Notes under the pieces: generated by a model
What the model was told of the DNA's origin: nothing
Seen by the model: only the letters and a program-made list of their open reading frames with translations
Databases searched by the model: none
Shown here: one piece after another, positions 1 through 7,662 of the stretch
Layout of the letters: every line of letters starts with the position of its first letter
Numbering within the stretch: the first letter of the stretch is position 1
Assembly (NCBI RefSeq): GCF_008124615.1
Contig: NZ_VNIB01000017.1
Coordinates: 22,253-46,252, forward strand
Direction of reading: 5' to 3'
Origin: Geothermobacter ehrlichii
GTDB lineage: Bacteria; Desulfobacterota; Desulfuromonadia; Desulfuromonadales; Geothermobacteraceae
Length of the DNA stretch: 24,000 nucleotides
Position numbers and translations under genes: made by a program

Positions 1-1068
1 CGGATGATGGACGCCACCCCCTTCAAGCAGCGCATGTTCAACCTCGGCATGCGGCTGGCGGAAAAGGCGGCCAGGGAGGGCAAGGGGCAGTCGAAGCTGG
101 CCTACTGGCTGCTGTTCCGGGCGCTGAAGGACCGTCTCGGATTCAGCAACCTGCGCTCGGCCGCCACCGGCGGCGCCGCCCTCGGCCCCGACACCTTCAA
201 GTTCTTCCTCGCCATGGGAGTGCCGTTGCGCCAGCTCTACGGTCAGACCGAACTCGGCGGCGCCTACACCATCCACCAGGCCGACGACGTCGATTTCGAT
301 ACGGTCGGCGTTCCCTTCTCCACCGCCGAGGTCAGGATCGACAATCCCGACGCCAACGGGGTCGGCGAGGTGGTGGCCCGGACCCGCGGCATGTTCCTCG
401 GTTACTACAAGAACGAAAAGGCGACCGAGGAGACCCTCGAAGACGGCTGGATGCACACCGGCGATGCCGGCTACTTCAAGAAGGAGAACGGCCACCTGGT
501 GGTGATCGACCGCATCTCCGACCTGGCCGAAACCTCAACCGGCAGCCGCTTCTCGCCGCAGTTCATCGAGAACAAGCTGAAGTTCTCCCCCTTCATCGCC
601 GAGGCGGTCATCCAGGGCGACGGGCGCCCCTACCTGGCGGCGATCATCTGCATCCGCTACGAAATCGTCGCCAAGTGGGCCGAGCAGCGCGGCATCGCCT
701 TCACCAACTACATCAACCTGTCGGCCCAGCCCCAGGTCTACGATCTGGTGCGCAAGGAAGTCGAGCAGGTCAATGCCACCCTGCCGGAGGCGCAGCGCAT
801 CCGCAAGTTCCTGCTGCTCTACAAGCAGCTCGACGCTGACGACGGCGAGCTGACCCGGACCCGCAAGGTGCGCCGCGGGGTGATCCGCGAAAAATACGCC
901 GACATCATCAATGCCATCTACTCCGACCTGGAGACCGTCCATATCGACACCATGATCACCTTCCAGGACGGCACCAAGTCACGGGTGCAGACCGACGTGC
1001 GGGTGGTCGACCTGGGGCGGGATGGCGATGCGGGCTCGGTGGACGGCAGGCTGAAGTCGGCAGTGTGA
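1..1068 (+). CDS. Long-chain-fatty-acid--CoA ligase / AMP-dependent synthetase (COG1022-like), C-terminal ~355 aa; 5' end is outside the window
   Basis: ORF 4..1068 is open to the window edge in frame 1. It carries C-terminal motifs of adenylate-forming enzymes (GWMHTGDAGY, GHLVVIDRISDL, TRTRKVRRGVI). It directly precedes the ABC permease genes. Confidence 0.85.
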   Translation, partial: RMMDATPFKQRMFNLGMRLAEKAAREGKGQSKLAYWLLFRALKDRLGFSNLRSAATGGAALGPDTFKFFLAMGVPLRQLYGQTELGGAYTIHQADDVDFDTVGVPFSTAEVRIDNPDANGVGEVVARTRGMFLGYYKNEKATEETLEDGWMHTGDAGYFKKENGHLVVIDRISDLAETSTGSRFSPQFIENKLKFSPFIAEAVIQGDGRPYLAAIICIRYEIVAKWAEQRGIAFTNYINLSAQPQVYDLVRKEVEQVNATLPEAQRIRKFLLLYKQLDADDGELTRTRKVRRGVIREKYADIINAIYSDLETVHIDTMITFQDGTKSRVQTDVRVVDLGRDGDAGSVDGRLKSAV

Positions 1069-1152
1069 ATCGAAGGCACCGGGCGTTGGGCGTCGGGCCT
1101 CGGGTTCAAATCCCGGCGCCTTGCGCCTCGAACCTGATTTTTAGGAGTCTTT

Positions 1153-2046
1153 ATGAACTTTGAACTTCTGACCCAGCTGATTGTCAACGGTCTGATCGTC
1201 GGCACCCTCTACGGGGTGGTGGCGATGTGCTTCGTACTGATCTACAAGTCGACCCAGGTGGTCAATTTCGCCCAGGGGGAGTTTCTGCTCATCGGTGCCT
1301 GGACCTGCTGGGCGTTGCTGGTCAAGTTCCACCTGCCGTTCTGGATCGGTTTTCCCGTTACCCTGGCCTTCATGGTGGTCTTCGGCATCCTGCTGCAGAT
1401 GGTGGTGCTGCGGCCGCTCATCGGTGAGCCGATCATCTCGGTGATCATGGTCACCATCGGTCTGTCGATGTTCTTCCAGTCGCTGATGGGCTGGATCTTC
1501 GGGGTCTACGCCAAGCCGTTTCCGCAGGTGTTCGAGATCCAGTCGGTGAGTTTCCTCGGACTGCAGATCCAGACCGCCTACATCATGAGCCTGGTGATCT
1601 CGATCATCATCATGATCGGCTTCTACTACTTCTTCAAGCATTCCCGCCTCGGCCTGGCAATGCGTGCCACCGCCTTCGACCAGCAGGTGGCGCAGAGCCT
1701 CGGCATTTCGGTCAAGAAGGTCTTCGCCGCCGCCTGGGCCATCTCGGCCCTGGTCTCGGCCCTGGCCGGGGTGGTGGTCGGCATGGTCAACGGCGTCTCC
1801 TCGGCCCTCTCCTTCTTCGGCATCAAGGTCTTTCCGGTGGTCATTCTCGGAGGACTCGACTCGATCGTCGGCTCGATCGTCGGCGGCCTGATCATCGGCG
1901 TGCTGGAGAATCTGGCCGAGTTCGTCGACAGCCAGTGGCTGCACCTGGGCAACATGTACACCATCGCTCCCTTCTACGCCCTGGTGGTGATCCTGATGAT
2001 CAAGCCCTACGGCCTTTTCGGAACCAAGGATATCGAGAGGATCTGA
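1153..2046 (+). CDS. Branched-chain-amino-acid-type ABC transporter permease (LivH family)
   Basis: 297 aa, highly hydrophobic and multi-spanning. The N-terminus LLTQLIVNGLIVGTLYGVVAMCFVLIYKSTQVVNFAQGEF is typical of LivH-family permeases. AGGAG RBS at 1143-1147. Confidence 0.9.
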   Translation: MNFELLTQLIVNGLIVGTLYGVVAMCFVLIYKSTQVVNFAQGEFLLIGAWTCWALLVKFHLPFWIGFPVTLAFMVVFGILLQMVVLRPLIGEPIISVIMVTIGLSMFFQSLMGWIFGVYAKPFPQVFEIQSVSFLGLQIQTAYIMSLVISIIIMIGFYYFFKHSRLGLAMRATAFDQQVAQSLGISVKKVFAAAWAISALVSALAGVVVGMVNGVSSALSFFGIKVFPVVILGGLDSIVGSIVGGLIIGVLENLAEFVDSQWLHLGNMYTIAPFYALVVILMIKPYGLFGTKDIERI

Positions 2047-2049
2047 TCC

Positions 2050-3117
2050 ATGTCTTCTTCAGCTCATGCCCGGATGAACTGCGGTGAATTCCGCACCACC
2101 TACGAGCAGGACACGACCATCTTCCCGACTCCCCTGTCGCGGCGGATGGTGATCGCCGCCGTTGTCTTCCTCTGTTTCGCGCCGTTTGTGCTCAACGCCT
2201 ATTTTCTCAACCTCGGCATCCAGATCGGCTACTATGCCGTCGCCGCGCTGGGGCTGAACATCGTCGTCGGCTTCACCGGGCAGATCTCCCTCGGTCACGC
2301 CGCTTTCTTCGGTTTCGGCGCCTTTGCTTCGGCCTGGCTCAACAACTCCACCGGCATTCCGGTCTTCTTCTGCATTCCCCTGGCGGGCATGATGACCATG
2401 GCTCTCGGCCTGCTCGTCGGCATTCCGGCCGGGCGCATCAAGGGACTCTACCTGGCCATAGCCACCCTCGCCTCGCAGTTCATTCTCGAGGACTTCTTCG
2501 CCCGCGCCGAGTGGTTCACCGGCGGCGTCGCCGGCGCCATGGCCAATCCCTTCTCCATGTTCGGCTACGAGTTCAACACCGACCAGAGCTACTGGTACGT
2601 GGTTCTCGTCTACCTGGTGGTGATGTTCCTCATGGCGACCAACCTGCTGCGCACCCGCGACGGCCGCGCCTTCGTCGCCGTGCGCGATCACTACCTTTCC
2701 GCCGAGATCATGGGGATCAACCTGACCAAGTATCGGATCCTCTCCTTCGGCATCTCCTCCTTCTACGCCGGCGTGGGCGGCGCCCTGTTCGGTCACTACC
2801 TCGGTTTCGTCTCTGCCGAGGGTTTCAACATCCTGCTGTCGATCCAGTTTCTCGGCATGATCATCATCGGTGGTCTGGGCTCGGTCATGGGCAGCCTGAT
2901 GGGTACGGTGTTCATGGTGCTGCTCCCGGAAGTGATGGAGGCGGGAGTCTCCCTTGCCGGCGGCTTTTTCCCCGGAGTGACCCAGGCGCTGGCCTACATC
3001 AAGGAGATGTCGATCGGCCTGGCGATCATTCTCTTTCTCATCTTCGAGCCGGACGGACTCGCCCATCGCTGGCGGATGATCAAGGCCTACTGGAAGCTCT
3101 ATCCATTTTCCTATTGA
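2050..3117 (+). CDS. Branched-chain-amino-acid-type ABC transporter permease (LivM family)
   Basis: 355 aa polytopic membrane protein with the LivM-like signature GLNIVVGFTGQISLGHAAFFGFGAF. It starts 3 nt after the LivH-like stop, which suggests translational coupling. Confidence 0.9.
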   Translation: MSSSAHARMNCGEFRTTYEQDTTIFPTPLSRRMVIAAVVFLCFAPFVLNAYFLNLGIQIGYYAVAALGLNIVVGFTGQISLGHAAFFGFGAFASAWLNNSTGIPVFFCIPLAGMMTMALGLLVGIPAGRIKGLYLAIATLASQFILEDFFARAEWFTGGVAGAMANPFSMFGYEFNTDQSYWYVVLVYLVVMFLMATNLLRTRDGRAFVAVRDHYLSAEIMGINLTKYRILSFGISSFYAGVGGALFGHYLGFVSAEGFNILLSIQFLGMIIIGGLGSVMGSLMGTVFMVLLPEVMEAGVSLAGGFFPGVTQALAYIKEMSIGLAIILFLIFEPDGLAHRWRMIKAYWKLYPFSY

Positions 3118-3203
3118 TGGATTTATTGAGGATGTGTCGTGCAGGATCACTCCATGTCAACGTCCCGCGTTGCGGGCCCGTTTCCAAGCAAGGGAGGAAA
3201 ACC

Positions 3204-4448
3204 ATGCGCAAATCGTTGATTCTCGGATCTCTGTTACTGGCTTCGCTGGCGATTGTCGGGGTCGCTACCGCCGCCGACACCATCCCTGTCGGCCACCTGG
3301 CCGCCTACACCGGACCGACCTCGGGGGTTGGCATCCCCTACGGCAACGGCATTGATGACGCCCTCGCCTACATCAACAAGCACGGCGGCGTCAACGGCAA
3401 GCAGATCAAGTTCGACACCGTCGACTATTCCTACAACGCGCCGCGGGCGATCGCCACTTACAAGAAGTGGATGTCGTCGCTGAAACCGGTCGCCATCCAG
3501 GGCTGGGGCACCGCCGACACCGAGGCGCTGGTCAAGTTCATCGCCCGCGACAAGATCGCCTACATCTCGGCATCCTACTCCGGACACCTGACCGACCCGA
3601 CCGGCAAGTCGCCGAAGACAAAGTCCCCGGCGCCCTACAACTTCTTCTACGGTCCGTCCTATTCCGATGCCTGCCGAGGCCTGGTGCAGTGGGCGGCCGA
3701 AGACTGGAAGGCCAAGGGCAAGTCGGGCAAGCCGAAGTTCATCCACATGGGTGACAATCATCCCTATCCGAACGCACCCAAGGCTGCCTGTGCCGAGTAC
3801 GCCAAGGAGCTCGGCTTCGAGGTGCTGCCCTCCATCGTCTATTCGCTGAAGCCGGCCGACGCCAAGGCCCAGTGCCTGTCGCTGAAGGAGTCGGGGGCCG
3901 ACTACGCCTATCTGGCCAACACCTCGAGCTCGAACATCTCGCTGCTCAAGTCGTGCGGCACCGTCGGCGTCAAGACCCAGTTCCTGACCAACATCTGGGG
4001 CTGGGACGAAAACTCCATCAAGGCGACCGGCGATGCCGGTGACGGCATCGTCTGGGTGGTCGGCGCCGCCGCCTGGGGGGACGACGTGCCCGGCATGAAG
4101 ACGCTGAAGGAGATCTCCAAGATGTCCGATCCCAGCGGCACCAAGCGGCGCATGCTGCACTATGTCCGCGGCGTCTGCGCCACCTTCTACATGAAGGAGG
4201 CGATGGTCAAGGCTGAAGCCATGGGCGGCATCACCGGCGAGAACATCAAGAAGGGCTTCGAGCAGATGAAGGACTTCGTGCCGCCGGGACTGGAAGGGGT
4301 CTGCACGCCGTCGACCTGGACGGCCGAGGACCATCGCGGCACCACCCTGGTCAACGTCTACACCAGCAAGTACAACGGCGGCGACTTCAAGATGACCAAG
4401 CTGGCCACCGTGGAAGTGCCGCGGCGGCCTGAATGGCTTGGCTGGTGA
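3204..4448 (+). CDS. ABC transporter periplasmic substrate-binding protein (Leu/Ile/Val-binding, Peripla_BP_6-like)
   Basis: Track ORF 2511..4448 is over-extended and overlaps livM. The in-frame ATG at 3204 follows the RBS AGGGAGG (3191-3197). It yields a classic signal peptide, MRKSLILGSLLLASLAIVGVATA/AD. The mature part is soluble and rich in K/G/Y, as in type I binding proteins. Confidence 0.85.
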   Translation: MRKSLILGSLLLASLAIVGVATAADTIPVGHLAAYTGPTSGVGIPYGNGIDDALAYINKHGGVNGKQIKFDTVDYSYNAPRAIATYKKWMSSLKPVAIQGWGTADTEALVKFIARDKIAYISASYSGHLTDPTGKSPKTKSPAPYNFFYGPSYSDACRGLVQWAAEDWKAKGKSGKPKFIHMGDNHPYPNAPKAACAEYAKELGFEVLPSIVYSLKPADAKAQCLSLKESGADYAYLANTSSSNISLLKSCGTVGVKTQFLTNIWGWDENSIKATGDAGDGIVWVVGAAAWGDDVPGMKTLKEISKMSDPSGTKRRMLHYVRGVCATFYMKEAMVKAEAMGGITGENIKKGFEQMKDFVPPGLEGVCTPSTWTAEDHRGTTLVNVYTSKYNGGDFKMTKLATVEVPRRPEWLGW

Positions 4449-4449
4449 T

Positions 4450-4467
4450 TGTCAGCGGAAGCTGACA
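4450..4467 (+). other. RNA hairpin with a GNRA tetraloop immediately after the binding-protein stop codon
   Basis: TGTCAGC-GGAA-GCTGACA: perfect 7-bp stem with loop GGAA. Confidence 0.5.
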
Positions 4468-4500
4468 GCCACAGGTTAAAGGCTTGAGACTGGAGGTTCT

Positions 4501-4525
4501 GGCGGGGGCGGTTGCCGCCCCCGCC
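4501..4525 (+). other. Very stable GC hairpin (intra-operonic stabiliser/attenuator candidate; no U-tract)
   Basis: GGCGGGGGCGG-TTG-CCGCCCCCGCC: perfect 11-bp all-G/C stem. It is not followed by a T-run, so it is not a canonical intrinsic terminator. Confidence 0.5.
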
Positions 4526-4578
4526 GGGAACCGCCGGGATCCAGACTTCAGACGCCAGGTCGCGGCAGAAAGACTTTG

Positions 4579-4613
4579 CTCCTGACTCCTGAATTCTGAC
4601 TCCTGGCTCCTGA
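4579..4613 (+). repeat. Five tandem heptamers CTCCTGA/CTCCTGA/ATTCTGA/CTCCTGG/CTCCTGA
   Basis: Read directly from the sequence. Three copies are perfect and two are one- or two-mismatch variants, head to tail. The array lies 33 nt upstream of the LivF-like start codon. Confidence 0.9.
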
Positions 4614-4645
4614 GTTCCGTATTCAGTCCAAAAACGGAGATTCCC

Positions 4646-5479
4646 ATGTCCGAACCGGCCGTCAAAGTGACAGAAAAACCTGAAGAGAAGGAAATTCTCC
4701 TTTCGGTCAACAATATCGAGGTGGTCTACGACGAGGTCATCCTGGTGCTGCGCGGCATCAGCCTCGACGTGCCGAAGGGCGAGCTGGTCACCCTGCTCGG
4801 GCCGAACGGCGCCGGCAAGTCGACCACCCTCAAGGCCATTTCCGGGCTGCTCAAGACCGAGGATGGCGAGGTGACGCGCGGCACCATCACCTACAAGGGC
4901 GAGAACATCGCCAACAGTTCCCCGGACGACATCGTGCGCAAGGGGATCTTCCAGGTCATGGAGGGGCGGCGCATCGTCGAGGACATGACCGTCATCGAGA
5001 ACCTGCGCCTCGGCGCCTTTACCCGCAGGGACCGCGAAATCAACGACGACATCGAGAAGGTGTTCCATTACTTTCCGCGGCTGAAGGAGCGAACCGGCCT
5101 GGCCGGTTACCTCTCCGGCGGCGAGCAGCAGATGCTGGCCATCGGTCGCGCGATCATGGCCCGGCCCGAGATGATCCTGCTCGACGAACCCTCCATGGGC
5201 CTGTCGCCGCTGCTGGTCAAGGAGGTGTTCGGAATCATCCGCAACATCAACAAGGAGCAGGGGATCACCATGCTGCTGGTCGAGCAGAACGCCAACATGG
5301 CCCTGCACAGCGCCAGCTACGGCTATGTGATGGAATCGGGCAAGATCGTCCTCGACGGCACCGCCGAAGAACTGCTCAGCAACGAGGACATGAAGGAGTT
5401 CTATCTTGGCGGCGGAAGCGGCGAGCGCAAGTCGTTCAAGAACATCAAGTCGTACAAGCGACGGAAGAGGTGGATGTAA
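4646..5479 (+). CDS. Branched-chain-amino-acid-type ABC transporter ATP-binding protein (LivF family)
   Basis: Walker A GPNGAGKST, ABC signature LSGGEQQMLAIGRA, Walker B ILLDEPS. Also has the basic C-terminal tail KSYKRRKRWM. GGAG RBS at 4636-4639. Confidence 0.9.
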   Translation: MSEPAVKVTEKPEEKEILLSVNNIEVVYDEVILVLRGISLDVPKGELVTLLGPNGAGKSTTLKAISGLLKTEDGEVTRGTITYKGENIANSSPDDIVRKGIFQVMEGRRIVEDMTVIENLRLGAFTRRDREINDDIEKVFHYFPRLKERTGLAGYLSGGEQQMLAIGRAIMARPEMILLDEPSMGLSPLLVKEVFGIIRNINKEQGITMLLVEQNANMALHSASYGYVMESGKIVLDGTAEELLSNEDMKEFYLGGGSGERKSFKNIKSYKRRKRWM

Positions 5480-5712
5480 AACCGGCGGCCGCCAAAGGCT
5501 CATCTGCTGCGTTACGCTCGGTCTTCGGGCTTCGACGTAGCTCCGCTACGACTCAGCCCTCAGCCTTTCGCAAGCCTTGCATCTGAACCTTTATCGACCG
5601 CCGGAGAGACCGGATGCAAGGGAAAGGTCCTGCACCACTGGCGTCCTGAGCGGGCACAGCGGGCGGGTGGCCACTGTTTTTCCCCTCTGACTTTTTTCAA
5701 ACGGAGATCCCC

Positions 5713-6951
5713 ATGCCCCAGTACTACGACGATCTCGAAACCCGCAGTCCCGAGCAGCGCGAGGCGGACCTGTTCGCCCGGCTGGGCGAACAGATCGAGC
5801 ACGCCAGGCGAACCGCACCCCATTTCGCCGAAACCCTCGCCGGTGTCGACGGCCGGCAGATCGGGGACCGGACGGCGCTGGCCGGCCTGCCGCTGCTGCG
5901 CAAGTCGGATCTGATCGAAAAGCAGCGCTCGGCCCCGGTGTTCGGCGGACTGACCGGCATCGCTCCGCCCGAGCTGCGCCAGATCTTCGCCTCGCCGGGC
6001 CCGATCTTCGAGCCGGGCAGCGACCGGCCGGACGCCTGGCGTTTCGCCCGCGCCCTGTTCGCCGCCGGCGTGCGGCGGGGGGATATTCTGCACAACTGCT
6101 TCTCCTATCATTTCACTCCCGCCGGCATGATGGTCGAATCGGCGGCGCGTGCCCTGGGCTGCGCCGTGGTGCCGGCCGGGGTCGGCCAGACCGAGCTGCA
6201 GGTGCAGGTGATGGCGCATGTCCGGCCGCAGGGTTATGTCGGCACACCGTCCTTTCTCAAGCTGATTGTCGACAAGGCGACCGAGCTCGGCAGTGACCTG
6301 TCGAGCCTGAAAAAGGCGCTGGTTTCGGGGGAATACCTGCCGCCGAGCCTGCGCGAGGCCATGGCAGAGCGCGGCATTGCCGTCCGCCAGTGCTACGCCA
6401 CCGCCGATCTTGGCCTGATTGCCTACGAGTCGGAGGCCCTGGAGGGGATGATCGTTGACGAGGGGATCATTCTCGAAATCGTCCGCCCCGGCACCGGCGA
6501 GCCGGTGCCGGAGGGGGAGGTCGGCGAGGTAGTGGTGACCCGTCTCGATCCCGACTATCCCCTGATCCGCTTCGCCACCGGCGACCTGTCGGCCATCCTG
6601 CCCGGAGCCAGCCCCTGCGGCCGCACCAACATCCGCATCAAGGGATGGATGGGGCGTGCCGACCAGACCACCAAGGTGCGCGGCATGTTCGTGCATCCGA
6701 GCCAGGTCGACGCCATTCTGAAGCGTCATTCCGAGCTCGGACGCGGCCGGCTGGTGGTGACACGCGAGAATGATCTCGACGCCATGTGCCTGCAGGTCGA
6801 GCTGGCCGGCGAGCCGCCCGCCGGCCTGGCGGAGGCGGTTGTCGGCAGCATCCGCGAGGTGACCAAGCTGCGCGGCGAGGTGGCGTTCGTCGCGCCGGGA
6901 AGCCTGCCCAACGACGGCAAGGTGATCGACGATCAGCGTCAGATCGAGTAA
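5713..6951 (+). CDS. Phenylacetate-CoA ligase family protein (PaaK / coenzyme F390 synthetase-like, COG1541)
   Basis: 412 aa. The N-terminus has YYDDLETRSPEQREADLF. The central and C-terminal motifs (GEYLPPSLR, TRLDPDYPLIRFATGDL, GRADQTTKVRGMFVHP) fit the short PaaK-type adenylating enzymes. GGAG RBS. Confidence 0.8.
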   Translation: MPQYYDDLETRSPEQREADLFARLGEQIEHARRTAPHFAETLAGVDGRQIGDRTALAGLPLLRKSDLIEKQRSAPVFGGLTGIAPPELRQIFASPGPIFEPGSDRPDAWRFARALFAAGVRRGDILHNCFSYHFTPAGMMVESAARALGCAVVPAGVGQTELQVQVMAHVRPQGYVGTPSFLKLIVDKATELGSDLSSLKKALVSGEYLPPSLREAMAERGIAVRQCYATADLGLIAYESEALEGMIVDEGIILEIVRPGTGEPVPEGEVGEVVVTRLDPDYPLIRFATGDLSAILPGASPCGRTNIRIKGWMGRADQTTKVRGMFVHPSQVDAILKRHSELGRGRLVVTRENDLDAMCLQVELAGEPPAGLAEAVVGSIREVTKLRGEVAFVAPGSLPNDGKVIDDQRQIE

Positions 6952-7059
6952 TTCTGTTTGCCACTGAGGCACTGAGAGCCAGAGGTAATTCCAATCTTAT
7001 GCTTTGTGCCTTCGTGGTGAGATTCCAGATTTTTCCAAACTGAAACGAAGGGGGAATCC

Positions 7060-7647
7060 ATGTCCACCCAGACCAAAACCGAAACCGGAACCGAAACCGG
7101 AACCGAAACCGGAACCGAAGCTCTCGACGAGGGGATCCAGCTGCTGCATCGCCTCAGCAAAGAGGAGCTGATCGCCATCATCATCGACGACGCCAAGAAC
7201 TGGCTGGCGCACGACGGGCTCTGGTTTCAGGCGATCGAAAGGGCCCACGGCATGGAGGCCGCCATCGAGGCCGACCGGGCCGCCTGGGAGAAGTTCACCG
7301 TCATCGAGGCCAAAAGGATCATGGCGCGGCTCGGCATCGAGCCGGGCGGAGGGATTCCGGCCCTGCTCGAATGCCTGAAGCACCGCATGTACGCGCGGCT
7401 GAACCTGCAGCAGGCGATCGAGGTCAGCGACACCCGGGCCGTTTTTCGCATGGTCGACTGCCGGGTGCAGTCGGCGCGCAAACGCAAGGGACTGGACGAT
7501 TTCCCCTGCAAGTCGGTGGGTATCGTCGAGTACAGCGAGTTCGCCCGCACCGTCGACCCGCGGATCCGGACCCGCTGCGTTGCCTGTCCGCCCGATGCGC
7601 ATCCCGATGATTACTGGTGCGCCTGGGAATTCACCCTCGAGGGCTGA
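7060..7647 (+). CDS. Conserved hypothetical cytosolic protein, possibly DUF6125 / ATC-hydrolase-like, with an N-terminal (TETG)3 repeat and a C-terminal Cys cluster
   Basis: 195 aa ORF with RBS GGGGGA. It is soluble, has a helical-looking core (DGLWFQAIERAHGMEAAIEADRAAWEKFTVIEAKRIM) and five Cys in the last ~75 aa, including CVAC. The family assignment is from memory only. Confidence 0.7.
   Translation: MSTQTKTETGTETGTETGTEALDEGIQLLHRLSKEELIAIIIDDAKNWLAHDGLWFQAIERAHGMEAAIEADRAAWEKFTVIEAKRIMARLGIEPGGGIPALLECLKHRMYARLNLQQAIEVSDTRAVFRMVDCRVQSARKRKGLDDFPCKSVGIVEYSEFARTVDPRIRTRCVACPPDAHPDDYWCAWEFTLEG
7072..7119 (+). repeat. In-frame tandem repeat: 12-mer ACCGAAACCGGA x3.5 (underlying hexamer ACC-GRA x8), encoding TK-TE-TG-TE-TG-TE-TG-TE
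   Basis: Perfect copies at 7078-7089, 7090-7101 and 7102-7113, plus the half unit 7114-7119 and the degenerate ACCAAA at 7072-7077. Confidence 0.95.
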
Positions 7648-7662
7648 GGCGGCTGCGGTCCG

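Noticed and set aside
1100-1116. tRNA-like T-arm, TCGGG-TTCAAAT-CCCGG (GGTTCAAATCC motif), in the spacer before the LivH-like gene. It could be a tRNA gene or an integration-site remnant.
   Set aside because: No matching acceptor stem, D-arm or anticodon arm can be built in the roughly 70 nt upstream, which is the end of the ligase CDS. No CCA or direct repeat is visible. It is most simply a chance hairpin. A 3' tRNA fragment cannot be fully excluded without a covariance-model scan.
6939-7196. The - strand ORF 6939..7196, with a VPVSVPVSVPVSV repeat.
   Set aside because: It is the antisense reading of the ACC-GRA tandem repeat within the well-supported + strand gene 7060..7647.
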